A stretch of DNA of 64,000 nucleotides, taken from assembly GCA_964187785.1 (NCBI GenBank), contig OZ076411.1, positions 86,614,001 to 86,678,000 on the forward strand, given 5' to 3'. Origin of the DNA: Amphiscolops sp. MND2022 (taxonomy: Eukaryota). Positions 1-14,224 of the stretch are shown here, in pieces. Position numbers and translations under genes: made by a program. Position 1 is the stretch's first letter; every line of letters starts with the position of its first letter. Below the pieces are notes generated by a model. It was not told the origin of the DNA, did no database searches, and saw only the letters and a program-made list of their open reading frames with translations.

Positions 1-470
1 TAATGTTGCTCAAAATACTGAATGTGGATATTAACTATTCTTGAAATCTTTTGAAGGTTTCGAGTTTAATATTTGTACATTTTGTTGATGAGTTTATTAA
101 AAGTGCCATGTTTGCTTTAATGTAACACTCAGTTCTCTTCACGCGTCAGTAGCCACGTTCATGATCTTCAGCGCTAACTTCAGTTCGCCGTCCCAAACTG
201 GCGGAATGAAATTGAAAATGATGAAGAAAGGACGCGAAATAGGGGCTTCGAGAGAACGTTGTTTCGCTCTTTCTTGAAAGTGAGAAGATACTGTAAGCCG
301 AATCCCGAGAACGCCTACCTAGGTTGGATTGTTTTGAACAAGCGCTGTAATCGTCCGGCGGGTCTAGAGTAAAGTATGAATACCTGACGCAATATCAGGA
401 AAAAACTCAAGTTTGCTTTCCTCTAAATCTTTGCAGTACTCTTTTTTGAAAATATATTTTTTGATAAAAC

Positions 471-932
471 TGTGAATCCAATTCGCAAATAATATCCAAC
501 TTCGAATCTTTAATTATTGTTTTCGCATAGCATTCTTTAATAGCATTGTTTTCGTTTCTGCCTACAAATTTCGGATTTTATTGCGTTAATTTTGCAAACA
601 ACGTTTCGGCAGTTTGTCTGAATCCATCGTGAGATTCAAAAGAAAATAAACATCAAGACGTTAATTTAACTGTCAACCTAACAATAGGAGATTCAGAAGA
701 GACTCCCCGGCGGAGACTAGACAAGAACCTGAATTAAGTGATCATCAAAGCGGAAAAATTGCAGTTTGTTGGAAAGAGACTTCGATGACAGCACTAATAG
801 AATTGAAAAGAAGGCCCCCAAGAGACTTAAGGATGCTTAAATAGGGCACCGTTAACTTCTAATACTCATTGAGACTCTATCTTCGAAAGTCGACAGTGTA
901 ACTGGGTCGAATCTAGGCCGTTTTAGTTCACA
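471..932 (-). mobile_element. Possible solo LTR
   Basis: Segment bounded by TGTGAA...TTCACA inverted termini, with TATTTAAG and AATAAA in promoter-then-polyA order on the minus strand. No TSD, PBS or PPT found in the flanks. Confidence 0.3.
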
Positions 933-999
933 TCGAGATGTAAACGCGAGAGAAGGTTCGTTATAGAGAATTGCCTAAGAGATAGAGGATTCCCAAGAA

Positions 1000-2700
1000 G
1001 TACCTCAACAAGTCAGTTACGACAGCTACCTGTTTTTTTTGAGACAATGGATAATGAAATTCAAAAATCTGTGAAATAACACGCCACCAGCTAAATGTAA
1101 TTCTACAGGGCGAGGAATCTGAAGAGATGGGGCTTTTTGCACGGAACGAAAACAAAGTTCTGCCAAACATCTGCCAACTTGGTTTGAAACAGGTTCATTT
1201 GGCCGCCCAAATTTGGACTTATGAGCTGCAGGGGACGGGTCACTCTTTGTTTGAGCACTCGTCAAGGCTGTCTTCTTAGTACTAAACAGGCATCTTCTTT
1301 CACCCTGAAGACCACCGCTCCGATAGCGTCTAAACACGGGTCTGGTGATTTCTGGTAAACTTCTTTAAGAAGAGCCGGTACAAGAATGGTAGCTCACGAC
1401 CTAGAGACACAGCAAATTACAACGGTATCTCGCGCCCCTTTGTTGTGAACTTTTTCCATTTTTCGAACAGTGCTTTGCATTAAACATGCAGCATTTCAAC
1501 GTCACTTTGGCTTCATCGAATTCTCTATTTCTCAGTTTGTGATAATTTGGTTTGCCAGAGGGTGACGTTAGAATTTCCATCGGTGTCTACGCTTGATGTC
1601 CCTGTCAAGCGGGGAATAGGAATGCTGTGCCTGTTTGAGGTTTCCGTCTAGTAGACATGTTCAACGAAAGCGCAGGTATTATTAGCTGTTCAGCTTTTGT
1701 CGTGGTTTATTGCTACGTCAAGGTCATCACCTTCGGCTACTTATTGCCTGCAGAACAACTTGTGATTCTTGTTGGTGCCACATTCACAACCGTAATGCAA
1801 ACACTGCAAATTAAAATTTCGTTTGGGACTGTCGCCGTACCACAATCCTGGTCAAACATTGTTCTGAAGACAGAGAGCTCCTAGCTACTACTCTTCTCAA
1901 AATAACTTGTGCTAGTAGCCTCGGTAAAACACAGTCCATTCTTGAGTTCAAAGCGTTTTCCCTTGAAGCAAGGCGATGTGGGTGGCCTACACAAGGCCCT
2001 TAAAAGAAAAAGTGGTTCATGTTTGTTTTCTCATTTTGCTTGAATTACCAGTTAACGGAATCTATTGGGTGTCAATTTAATATACGAAATACGCGATTAT
2101 AATCACTAACAGAAACAAAATATTCCAAAAGTTAGCCACAGTGAGCACCTTCTTCAGTTCAAATGTTTTGCAATTGAGGATTGGAGCCCGTGTGCTCCCA
2201 CCATACTGATTGGTTTTGATGACAGACGTCAAGATGAGTTTTTCATGCAGCAGCGGAATTGTTACGTGAATTCTCAGTTGATGGTGTGAGCAGTCCTTCT
2301 GCAATGTAGATAGGGAAGCTGTGGCCTTTTTCGAGTCCCTCTGCTGTGGGGACCGGTCTTAGCAGTTCGGGAGAGTTCTTAGTCCGACTATATTGTCAAC
2401 TCTGTCAACTCTGGACAGAGCCGGAGTGTCACTAGTTTCTATTGTAACATCTACATCCATTTCCAATGCTGTCGTTGAAGATGTTGACATCGACTAACTG
2501 CAGGCAGCGGTAGTGGTCCGCTTTGAGAAGGTTGCATTCGAGGCACCAAGGTCACCAGTTCGGTGGGAACTAGGTCTTTTCTATCCCATAAGGAGCAGGT
2601 CTGTGACCACGGTTGCACCAGTGCTTTCCCCAGAGTCCTTTTAGCGTTCTCACACTCAATCGCCAATGGTCTCTTACCTGAAATTTAAACCCCTCCCCAA
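1000..2700 (-). pseudogene. Highly degenerate Ty3/gypsy gag-pol remnant
   Basis: Broken minus-strand frames give CCHC-like YLHCRRTAHT..FRCC and a pre-RT-like segment AIGAVVFRVKEDACLVLRRQP.RVLKQRV; many stops and frameshifts. Confidence 0.3.
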
Positions 2701-3044
2701 TAAAACTTGAACCAACAGGGTCATGCTAGTTCGTTACCGGAATGTGTATCGCAATGAACGACGTTTTGTAATTAGTTTTGACTAAGAGTTTGTAAATTAT
2801 TGACTGAGATCTCAAAAGCATCAAGAGAGCTGAAATTTCAATCCCAATTTTGAAACATAATAAAACGCTGTATGAGGGCAAAGTGTTCTCTTCGGTTTTT
2901 AGGCACTGTTGACTGTTTAGTTCTGACTGTTTTCACAAATGGGTACGTCTTCGCTTTTTTGGAAAACGCTCCTTTGGTATTAGCTCTTTTTTAAGTCAAG
3001 ACGCAGCTGTAGCGGTGGCGTTTTTGAAGGGCAGCGAACTGGCA

Positions 3045-3593
3045 GGCTGAATTGTTTATTGCAAGTTAAGCGGTGAAAGTTGTAGTGCCAAGTAAATGTG
3101 AAAACACGGCGTAGAAGTACGGAAACGAGATCAAATGAGCTCCCGTACTTTTACGGCAACGTAACTTGTCAGCAAGCTATTGTCCAATCAGAACTCAGCT
3201 TGTATTATTTGCCGGTTGCGGTCGTTTGACCGTGCTTCAAAGAAATTTAGTGAAAGCTAAGTAATTGGCCGGTTCCGGCCAAATAACCTGATACCTTCTC
3301 AAGACGCTTTTATTTTGTACAAGATCTAATTAGTCCACATATTTGTGGTTCAATCGCCATTACATAATGAAAAGCAACTAATATTAGTGTCTGTATTTTT
3401 AATTGTTTATTTGGTTTGATGTTCGTAAAAACCGGTCTACGGACCTATTCTGGGTAGTAGTTAGAGTATAGTCTCATGCCCAATGGCCTTTCTAGGCAAC
3501 AACTGTAATCATCCAAATGCAATCTGGAGATTATCTCACCCTTATGCCCTTTAAGGCTCGTGTGCTAGCACGTGCCTGAGTATGTCAATGCAT
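3045..3593 (+). repeat. Dispersed hairpin-rich repeat, copy 1 (copy 2 at 13667-14224)
   Basis: Colinear similarity with 13667-14224 over about 550 bp, e.g. shared cgtagaagtacggaaacgag...gagctcccgtacttttacgg, ttggccggttccggccaa and aggctcgtgtgctagcacg. Confidence 0.85.
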
Positions 3594-3631
3594 CTTTTGC
3601 ATTTCAGTGCATTGGCAAGCTGTTTTGCTGC

Positions 3632-3727
3632 CTGTCGTGGAATCCGGGACACGAAAATTGAGAAATGTCGTGGAATCCAGGACAAAATTTCCCTTTGATG
3701 TTGAGCGTGTCTTGGATTTCACGACAG
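3632..3727. repeat. Short foldback / MITE-like element
   Basis: 22-bp imperfect inverted termini ctgtcgtggaatccgggacacg / cgtgtcttggatttcacgacag, plus an internal copy of the tgtcgtggaatcc motif. Confidence 0.6.
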
Positions 3728-5974
3728 TGCTTGTCATGGATTCCACGCCAATACTGCTGCTATAATGATGCTTTTTCCGCTGCTCTCTGATTGGTCTGCT
3801 GATCCTGAGTGATCTTTATTGGAAAATTACCCGGTGTGCCGAAAATTATTGTTCCTAGTTACAACCTAAACTTGCTGAGTTTTACTGTATTTAATCTGAT
3901 TCTCCTAGTAACTATATTCTCAATTTATAAAAGAGGGAATGTAATAGTGTTGTAAATTATTACGATCTCAAACATTAGTAAACAACGCATCAAGCAATCA
4001 AAAAGTCAGCCAAACGCTAAAGTTGCGATATCATTCGCACTTTGATATGCCAAAAATAATCCGTACTGCCAATTCAAGTATTATTGCCATTTTAGTTTTA
4101 TCTGCATTCTTAGTCGTCTTTTACACAAGGAAAAATATAAGGTTATGATCAGTGACGTTCACACTAAGCTCATTCGTTAAAGTAAACCAATCGAAAAGTT
4201 GAAGTTTAACAGCATCTGCCACATTTTGATGACAAGCCTGATAATATAGTAAATGCCAGAATATTATAAAACGTCATTCAAAATTGAGCAATCTTTCCAT
4301 GACACTAAAACGGTATATTAAAATTTCATTAATGGTGTTCTAACCTCTTTGGTAGTTGTTTTCTTACAGTTTAAGATTTGTATGTGGTTTCCACGACACA
4401 TGTATAAAGATATAGTCCTAATTTCCATAGTTGTAGTTCCTTTCGTGGCCATTGAACAATGAAAGCTATTTCGGTGGAAACCACGACAGTATGCTAAAAA
4501 TGGTGGAAACCATGACAATACATCAAATTGTTGTTTGGGTCATTCAGAATCGATAGCTACTTTGATTTTCATCCAATGTTCGAAAAAGTGAAAAACTGTA
4601 AAAGTTATGGTTTGGTTTATGCTATATAATTACGTAAAATTTCGAAACTTTCTCAGTGGTCGGTGTACGAAAAAACATAGCATCAGGCCAATTTCTACAG
4701 TGATCAATTCATATCAATTAATATTTATTCGAATTGAATATCGGAATAAATATATTAGTATTTTCATTAGTTGAAGGCCAACCTATCGAAAAATAGCAGT
4801 TCAGCAAAATTTGCCAAATTATAATATTGAGCCTTTTGTGAATGAATGCCAGGTTCAATTTACTTGCTAAACTGTCAAGGACTTGAAAATAACTTGACGC
4901 ATGTTCTGTTGAGACTAAAATGGAGAAAATGTTGAACACGACATTCACCTATGAATAGAAAATACAGAAGTTCACAGAAAGTGGTTTGCCAAGGTCCTTA
5001 TACTGTATTTTTAGGGGGGCACTCAGCTCGTGAGATATCACACATAATATCACACAAGTCCCACGACAAGCACATGGCCTCCATCAGGTCTCGAAATTTT
5101 AAAAAATATATATGTGAAACGTTAATGGCATTACAGAGGTGGAAGCGATTTGTGACCTTGTTGCTGATTTAATCAGTTGAATATTTTAGCCAATTCACTG
5201 TTGGCGGCTGATCTGATTGAGCCACTTGAGAATGTTGGCGTTGTGTTTTGATTGGAGCAATTATTTGCGTATTATTCGTTTTCTAATCTGCGCTGCTGTG
5301 TGATTGGCTGTTATTGTTATGTGTGCCGCGTGAATGGCTGTTTCTGGCATCTTGTTGATTTCTGTCCTATTCGCGTTGATGTTTGTGCGAATTTGCAAAC
5401 GTCGCTTTTCAAGGTGATGTTATTTGCGTCAATGGTTTGAAAGCTTTTTAAACTCCCGATTAGCACCTTTATTTATTCATGATTAATTTCACCTTCGAAG
5501 TACTTTTGAAACGAACTTCGTTGCCATTACAAGTCAGAGAGGCACAATTAGTCCATCATATCTTTCGTGCGAACAAAATGCCGGCCTATTAGTGCAGTAA
5601 TGTGAATTAGGATTTTAAGATTTTTTGGTCCCAATCGTGAGTAAAAAAGTGCTCATCAATGGGAACAAAATGTTCATGATTAATTTCACGTTTGAATTAC
5701 GTTTTTAGCCACATTTCGTTGCTATTAGAAGTCAGAGCTATTAGAAGTCAACAAAGCTGTGATGCGATTCTTTCAAACAATGATCGTACCCCCAGCCTTG
5801 TGGAATGCTTGCGACATACAATTCAATTTGGTCATACCTCACATCCAAAGTTCAATCAGCTGGGGTAACGCAAGAATAATAATGTTTTAACACGACTGAT
5901 GAAAACGAAAGTGAAGAACAATACTGGGCAACAAAAGAAGCAACTAGATGAAATCCCGCTACCGCAGAACCTAC

Positions 5975-6427
5975 TACAGGTGAGCCCGCGTATAACGACT
6001 CCTCTTACAACGAATTTCTTCATTACCAACTGATTTCGCTGCACTCTGTTTCTACTTCATAAGTTATCACGCTAATACCGAATTGGAGTCTCTTATAACG
6101 AACTTGGTTTCTTAGAAATACATGATTTTACACTATGCATGTTACCATGAACAACCTGTTTTGGCTTTTCTCAATTGCTGTATTGGATAACTATTTGGCC
6201 CAACAATTTGATCAGGAAGTGAACAAAAAGAAATTGAAATTCTGCAAAATAAGTTGTTCAAAAGGTCTAAATTGCAAAAAAGCTAAACTTCGATTTGTCT
6301 TTATTTTGAAAAATGCTATTAAAAGAGTGTTTTTGCAACTTTTTTTCCGGTTTGTTTGAAGCGACGTTCTTCTATAACGACTTTTTTCATTGGACCAAGC
6401 GGTTCGTTATAAGCGGCTTCACCTCTA
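5975..6427. mobile_element. Tc1/mariner-pogo-type MITE
   Basis: About 24-bp imperfect TIRs (tacaggtgagcccgcgtataacga / tcgttataagcggcttcacctcta) ending in TA on both sides; internal repeats of tataacga; no coding capacity. Confidence 0.65.
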
Positions 6428-6449
6428 TAGTAATTCCAATAACTTAGAG

Positions 6450-8160
6450 CGAATTTTGTTCAAGGAAGATATCCTGACTCGGCAATACTTGAAGCAGGGA
6501 ATGTAAAATACCATCAAAGTCTTCTTTCACAACACTCACTCCAGGAATTGTTTCAGTCCCTTAATGGGACAGCCCATAGGAACCCTGGGATATCTATATT
6601 GCGGCAGGAGATCAGGCAAACGTATTACTACACTACCATAGGAAAACACGTCAAAAATTGGGTAGAACGGTTTCAACAATGCACAAAGAACAAAAGAGTC
6701 CCTAATGCAACGATCAAACTTGAATTACTCAACTTGATGCAATGGGACGTCGGACCCGAAGACGTTAGGAAGATCGATCTATTGCTGAATCTTCCACCGA
6801 GTGGAGGATTTGAAAACGTGCTTACCGCAATCGATGTTTTCTCAAATTATTTATTGGCCTACTCTCTCAGATACGTCAGCGATCAACGCGGCGAAGGTTC
6901 TCAATGACATCATGACTAAACACGCATATATACCGACAACATTGATTACCGATAAAGGAACTGCGTTCACTTTCACGAATATTGTGGAAAATAAACGAAT
7001 TTTGGGGATTACACTAAAATGCGCAACAACCAAACATCCACAAACGACCTGGAAACTTGACCGAACACATGCGTCTTTTACAACAAATCTCGAGATGGCA
7101 TGTGGGCAATATCGTCGAAAATTGGACAATTACTTGCCTCTCGCAGTCATGAATCACAACACGAGCTACCATGCGAGTATTGGTTGTGAACCATTTCGAG
7201 TATTCCATGGTCGCATACATTGAACAAGTTTGATCACAAGCATGGAAACAATCCAAATGAGCAGATTACCCCTACAACTGAAATAGCTGAAGAAATACAA
7301 ATTTGAACAAGTCTGCTCATCGATAAAACAAAACAAATTATCATGCACTCCTGTTCTAAAAAAGGAGTATACGATTACAAAGTAAAAGCAGCTCCACTTA
7401 AGGCGAATGACTATTGTTTCGTACTGCAACCTAAAAACTGAGATCATCAATGGATCATTGATCCGGATTTACCGTTGGGTGGGTTCATTTATAGTATAAC
7501 ACGCCGATATAACACAAATAAAGTGCAATTTTTACAACGCATTCGATTCAAAAAAGTTGTTGCCAATAAACCACTGGAAGATTGAGAAATTACAGCCCGA
7601 TGAGGAAATTAACATTCGGCAAGAAGATTTTCATATGAAAACTTGGGAAACAGACTTTCCCGACCAATTAGAGTCACGAGGCAGCGCGTCTAATACGACT
7701 TAGTTGCCGAGCGGTGAACAGCCGGTTACGTCAAAATGACGTCTCAAGCGACGCAGACGAAAATTAGGTGGATTACATAACAAGACGTGACTGTCTGAGT
7801 GACGTCAACGAGACGGCGCAACGACCAAGTGAAAAACTAGACGATGATGTCAGCAAAAAATTTTTACCAGTGAAGCTACCGGAAATGAAAATTCTGATTG
7901 GCATGCTTCGGACGTCTATCAAAAAACCCAGGACAAAAATTTGTCGGAATCGCCCAAAAACCAAGCAAACGATGCAAATTTTACAAAAGGAAACTCTACT
8001 ACTGAAAATAAATGTTGCACAAATTCTTCAATCGTGGGGATGACATCATCGTGCCCGATTTATCCCAAAGTGGAAAAAATCAAAATCTGAGCCCTAGGGG
8101 AGGAAAATATAACCTCAGAAACAATCCCAACCCAAACTACTCAGGAGAATCCAGTTACTA
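6450..8160 (+). pseudogene. pol: Degenerate Ty3/gypsy integrase and pol C-terminus
   Basis: Frameshifted pieces: HGTAHRNPGI...C..C (HHCC), IDLLLNLPPSGGFENVLTAIDVFS (first D), LITDKGTAFT (second D), HPQTT.KL.RTHAS (E region), ending RGGKYNLRNNPNPNYSGESSY*. Confidence 0.8.
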
Positions 8161-8249
8161 AAGAAATGAATTGCTCTCGCAAATGCGTGTTCCTTTCTTT
8201 TCATCTTTTTTCCTCAGTCCCTCCAGAGTTTGTTCTGAATAGAAATGGG

Positions 8250-11200
8250 GACATTAGATGATTTTTTTTTGGAAATAAATAGAGGGATTCCAAACAAGAA
8301 GACAAAACAAATACAAACGAAACAGAAGATACATCAACAAATATACTGTCTGAAAGTACATACGTACATAAGTACATTCAAACTTTAGATGAGCCTTGAG
8401 TAAACTCCCCAGTTACAGAAGAAGTAGTTGACAGTGAAGCTCTCCTCTCCATCCTCATCCGCTTGCTATCACTAGGGGGATGTTATGGCATACTCATCCA
8501 CAACGCAAGCCAAATCTTCTGTCTTTGTACGAACTGGAGTCTTCTTCAGGCTCGTAAGAACGGCTCGAATTGACTACAACAATGACTTGTGGATCTTGGA
8601 ACGACCGAAAGTATCGACATAAGTCCAAAGGTCGTAGGTTGGAGAGAAGGCTGACTGACGAAAAGAGACAGAAAGAAAAGAAATTTTCTCGAGATTGGTT
8701 TCATCACTGCAGAAGGACACAGTCTCACGAACCGCAGCCATATAGTTTTGACCTGGCAGTATCACATCAGTGAATCTACTCCGATGTTCAAAAGTGGTAA
8801 TCCTCCCCAACGTAACACCATGATGGGAAGGACTAATTGTGTTACACAGACATCACTTTTGAAAATGTAGGAGGGCCTGAAGGATTTCGAGTTCTAACTC
8901 CTCGGGTGGGTTTTAGTTATGTCAAAAGTAGGGCCATACACGGTTCGAAGATGGTCAAGGAGTTGCAAATGTTTGTCCTAGCACAAGGAATAGTTTGCGC
9001 AGGTTACCCAAGAGTGAATTGTGAATGTGCTGTGCAAAAAGTCCAAAACGGCGGAGTGCCACTTCCATTGATCTTGCCTTGACTATATTCGAATTGAGCA
9101 CGGTCTGGTGAACAACTTCGTTTATCAGAAACTGAATGTAGTGCTGAACCCAACGTTGATGAATTAAGTCCTGACTGTTTCTGCAGTCTTTTGGATAGCA
9201 GCCCGTTCTGATTGTTTTTTTGCGAAATGGAGACCCTCCGATATTGATTTGCTTGCGCCGGCAACTTTATTTGTCAGCTTATGTCGGATGATGAACTCGT
9301 TCCCAGACATAAAGGTTCCTTCGCTTGTTTGGAATCTTAGGAGCAGAAACAAGGCGTTCTCAAGCGGTGCCATGTCAGGAATATAACAGGGGGAGCGGAG
9401 TTGGTACAGGCATCTGCTAACTTCTCCGCAAAGATAAAAGTAGGGATCACGTCTAAGTTTTTGTAGCCGAATCACTGCAAAGCTGGTAACATCTGGAAAT
9501 ACCAAAATATGTTCGCAATGGGATTTGGAATATATTCGTTTCCCATCCGTCCTTACCCTTCCCTAACCATATCATAAGAAAAGGTGCACATACTTTGGTG
9601 AGTTCAGGGCTTCGCACGACCCATTTTTTCGGTGAGGGAGCCACATAAAGAGACCATCAGCGCCTGTTACACTGAAAAAGGTCTATTCGCCAACTGACTG
9701 GTCAATTGTCCTGGCCAGGTCTATGGGGCATTGCGAACACGCAACAAAATCCGGCTTGGTTGAAACTGTAGATAAAAGTCGGGAAAGCGACCCAACTTCT
9801 CCAGTCTCAGTCGACAGGAGCGCGCTGCGGCAGATGAAGTCACGGCAGAGTTCAAGCTCTTTCCAAATTCTCAGAGACATGTAGAGGAAAACTACAATGT
9901 CATCAAATTCGATGGCGAAGCACTGTTGGGCAGTGACCTGTTCCGCAATCTCACTTACGGCACAGACGAAGCTGTGTTGGAATATTGCCTAGAATGGAAA
10001 ACAAGAATTCCTAAAGCCACATTGGATTACGAGTGTTTCGTGAATATAATACTGACTGATAATTGTTCTTCTAACCAATCGAAGTCGCAAAATGTAGCTT
10101 GGCGATTAGTGAATGCCCCATTCGTGGCCACCAATTTCCTCGGGACTGAAAGGTCCCCGTGGGTTTGGATGAAGTCACCCACTAGGCAAAGTTGGGTTTT
10201 GGCCCGGAACTCAAGATTTACAAGGGATGGTGTGGATATGTTTATTAGGTCTGAGGAAAAAGGGAACCTCTCTCCGATATCCACTGGCTCCAAAGAGATG
10301 AACTTGGGTGGTTCCTTCGTCAGCTCTATCTTTGACAAAATCTCCTAATTACAGCCTGGAACTCAATGTTGTATTATGCCACTGATTGGTTCGACGCTCT
10401 TGAGGTGCTCATAACGCCACTTTGGTCACGTCCTGAATGTTTCTCAGTTCGCTGGTGTCTGCGAATCTCGAGCGGCCCTTTGGACCTTAAAGAGATAATT
10501 TTCTCACAAACATGACTCCAGACCACGTGGGGTTTATGAACGGTCAGCCGGACAGGAGATGAATGACCTGGTTAACCCAGTTTTAGCGAAAAACTCCTCT
10601 CCCAGGTACTCCAAGCTGAACGGATTTTCTTCTTTTTTATTGTTTTTTTGGACATAGAGGAGCCCTGGGTCCTTGCCTCCATTGCTTGTTCTCGGATCGC
10701 GAGTAGGGTGGTGTCCGGACTGCCATAATCTCTAGACTCAAGCACTTCTCGCTGCTGTCCAGATAGTGGTGATGACTAAGCTGGAGCAATGCCACTCGTT
10801 ACGGGGACCTTCTTAAATGACTCTGACATAAGAGCCATATCGGTTGTGCTGTCGCTCTTGCCATGAGAGGATAAATCTCCCGCTTCCTCGGGGCCTGGCG
10901 TGTCCCTGATCCCAGTCTCAGCAGCCGTGTCATTATTCGATTCAGAAGCGCTCGAGTCACTCTCATTTTTACGTCTGGGTGTCTGCGCTCGCTTTTAGTT
11001 CGAAAGTGAGCTGTCCTTGATGGGGCAGTGGTTGGAGAGCCCCTGACCGCGTTTATTATCATTCGCTCCATGGTAGATTACGACACCCTGATTGTTTCAT
11101 CTGAGAGGCCCCTGAGAAGGTGATATATTTGCGGTTCAGTAAAAGCGATAGTAGGTTGTCCGATGGGAACATAGAACAGCTACGTGTCTTCAAAATTTGG

Positions 11201-11952
11201 GCAATTGCGGGAGGACTAGATTCTTTGCTGGTATCAAGCACTCTGGTATCAAAGCTTGACTCGTCGCCTCCATCAGGCCCTGACTCAAATCCTATGGGGT
11301 TGTGGCCGTGTAGTACGAGATGGTTGACTTGGGTTGCTTCATTTGCAGATTTCTGCCCTTCACTTTGATCTGTGAGAAACCGGATTTTGGGCTCACAGCC
11401 GGGCAGAGGAGGGGCATCACAGACGGAGGAAATATTGTCATCGTCAGTTTGCAAAGAAATGGTGGCTACATTGTCTTGGCCTGCATCAGTAGTCGCAAGT
11501 AGTTCAGGCAACTGGCACCTGGAAGTGATGACCACAATGGGGGCAGATTCCAAAGCAGACAGATTGGAATTGGGGCACTCCTCCTCACTGGACAAGATAG
11601 AAGAACTTGATCTACGTACTAATGAAGCCTGCATTGCGGATGGTGTAGAGTGGGACTCTTGAGCCTCAACCGGCGCCATAACAGTTGCGTGGGTGACGCC
11701 AGTTTGATTTGAAGATACCTGGTCTGCTTCCATTCGCTGCACAACAGCTTCTGGGTAGGCAGAAACGTCAGGCTCATCCATACTAAAGGGTGGTGAGATG
11801 ACAGCCTGAACTTGTCCCTGGTGTTCCGGTACCTGGTCTCTGGGTACGGTTGGATTGTCGACTTGGGGCGCAATTGGTCTTGTTACGTTCTCAGTTGTTT
11901 GGTTCTGTAAACAAAAAAAGATGACTCTTGGCGGTATGGTTCCTCTTACCAC
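8250..11952 (-). pseudogene. Long decayed ORF antisense to the upstream gypsy pol remnant; product unknown
   Basis: 297-aa open piece (11059-11952) followed on the minus strand by long coding-like stretches with scattered stops (e.g. DLIHQRWVQHYIQFLINEVVHQTVLNSNIVKARSMEVALRRFGLFAQHIHNSLLGNLRKLFLVLGQ near 9000-9200). Confidence 0.4.
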
Positions 11953-13666
11953 ATTAATTCTTACCGCATTAGAAATGTTGGGACGTCTTCTTTAAATCTG
12001 AATGCGACGTGTTACTGCGTGGCTTAACATGAAACAGGAAGCGAGTGTGAACGAACAAAATTCTCATCAAACTAAGTAAGTTTGTTCAAACGAAAAATCC
12101 AAAGCAACCTGGGTCAGACATTTCCATGAAGCTTGGTATGTCCGGACAGCCAGTCTTGTCGGGAGAAACTGGAGCAAGCGAAAAAGCCAGTTCCGAGACA
12201 GAAAGTTTCAAGTGAAGACGATTGCTTAAGGGAGCACGAAAGAAGTTGGAGATCGTGACTGAAGAAATTTACCAAGCTAATTTTTTGTGGTAATTATTAT
12301 ACATATTTAACGTGAACATGGTGTCTGCCAGCGAAATTTACAAGCTTGTCCTCCTTGCTTACAAGTTAGGGCCCAGCAGGGCATTTTTACCCTGTTTCGT
12401 TTTTCCGTTTCGTTCCGTTTTCCTTCATTCCATATTTATTAGAATTATGGTCATTTGCGTTATTTTAGGTTATTTCATTTTTCCGTTATTTTATCAATCA
12501 TTTTCCTTTTTATTTCTGGTTGAAATTGATTGGCTGAACCCATTCTTGAAAGTTATGTGACGCCAACGCGAAAGGTTTTCACACCTTTTTTGAAGTGAGT
12601 AATGATGGGGGGTAAACAACCGGAATTCAAAGGACACCGACTGAGAAAGAATTCCATTCAAGAAATTTTTCACCGATTGGGGGTAATTTACCAGACGATA
12701 AACCGCCAAATTGAATTGACCGGAAAAAGTTTGACTCGGCTCGATACGGAAACATTAACGGATACAATCTACAACGGATAATCTTCGTCAAGCTCAGTTG
12801 CCATTCAAAATTGCGAAAAAAACTAATGATGCACAGATAAAATTTATCTAAAAGGCTATCTAATGGAATGATCTCAACATCATCGGTTGACTCCGTGATT
12901 TACATCTCCAGCAGTAAGGAAGAGAACAAATCAGATAGCTGGGAGTCCGACTGGTCGACAGACACGAAGCAACAGCGTGATGTGATTGAAGGAAGGGTCA
13001 TGACGGTAGACAACGCAGAGGAAGAAACAGTGGATGGGCCTAGCACAAGTCAGACGTGTGCAGGCGTTACCCGCAAACATGGCAAGTATATTTCGACGAA
13101 AAACTGTGTTTAGCCCCGGTCAAAAAAGATGTCCTGAAAAGAATTCAATTGTGCCAGAGAGTAATTCCTGTCGCAGATTCGCCTATGTCTCCCCGTCCGC
13201 ACGAAAGAATCGACCAGCTTTCAGATTCCAGTTTCAGAGCTGCCTGTCACATCCAAAACACGAAGCCGTATCAGAACGTGAGTGCAATACGGTACACTGG
13301 GTGTTTGGTTTGAGGCCGTTCAGTTGACGCAATTAAAAGAAGGAATGTGGATTTCTAGAGAGATCTACACCGAGAGATGAGGCCGAGCAGGTGACGAGAC
13401 TCAGGAGAGAATCGTATGAAAATGGGCTGATCGCTGGGACCCTTTTATTCTTGGCACTGGCAGTATCCTAGGCTGCCGCCTGTGACGTGACAAAGAACAC
13501 GACATGCGCCGATAGGCAGGATCCAGACCCAGGTACATACCGATATACTAAAACTAAAGCCTTAACCAATGCAAGTTGATATCATTTTCTATTGTTGTTA
13601 TGTTTTAGTTTTGAATAAAAGAAATACTAGTCCGTTAACAATTTATAATGGAATGTTAGAATCGTT

Positions 13667-14224
13667 GGCTGAATTGTTTATTGCAATAAAAGCAGTGAAT
13701 GTTATGGTGCTAAGCAAATGTGAAAACACTGCGTAGAAGTACGGAAACGAGTTCAAATGAGCTCCCGTACTTTTACGGCAGGAACTTGTCAGCAAGCTTT
13801 TGTCGAATCAGAACTCCGCTTGTATCATTAGCCGGTTACGGTCGTTTGACCGTGCTTCAAAGAAATGTAGTCAAAACTAGGCATTTGGCCGGTTCCGGCC
13901 AAATAAGCTAATGCATTCTCAAGAATGCTAATATTTTGTACAATATATAATTAGTCCACATAGATATGGTACAATTACCATTACATGATAAAAGAGCAGC
14001 AAATATTAGCTTTGTAGTATTAATTTTTGATTTGGTTTGATGTTGGTAAATAACGGTCTCCGGACCTAATCCGGGTAGTAGATAGAGTGTAATATTATGC
14101 TCAATGGCCTTCCTAGGCCACTAGACCACTTTCGTAATCATTCAATAAGGAGATTATCTCACCCTTATCCCTTATATTCTTTTGAGGCTCGTGTGCTAGC
14201 ACGCGCCTGAGTCTGTCAATGCAT
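13667..14224 (+). repeat. Dispersed hairpin-rich repeat, copy 2
   Basis: Colinear with 3045-3593, same orientation. Confidence 0.85.

Noticed and set aside
595-665. Hammerhead-like motif on the minus strand (CUCACGA...GG-stem-CC GAAAC GU, upstream ACGUC)
   Set aside because: The core CUGA is mutated to CUCA and stem I does not pair, so at best it is a dead remnant.
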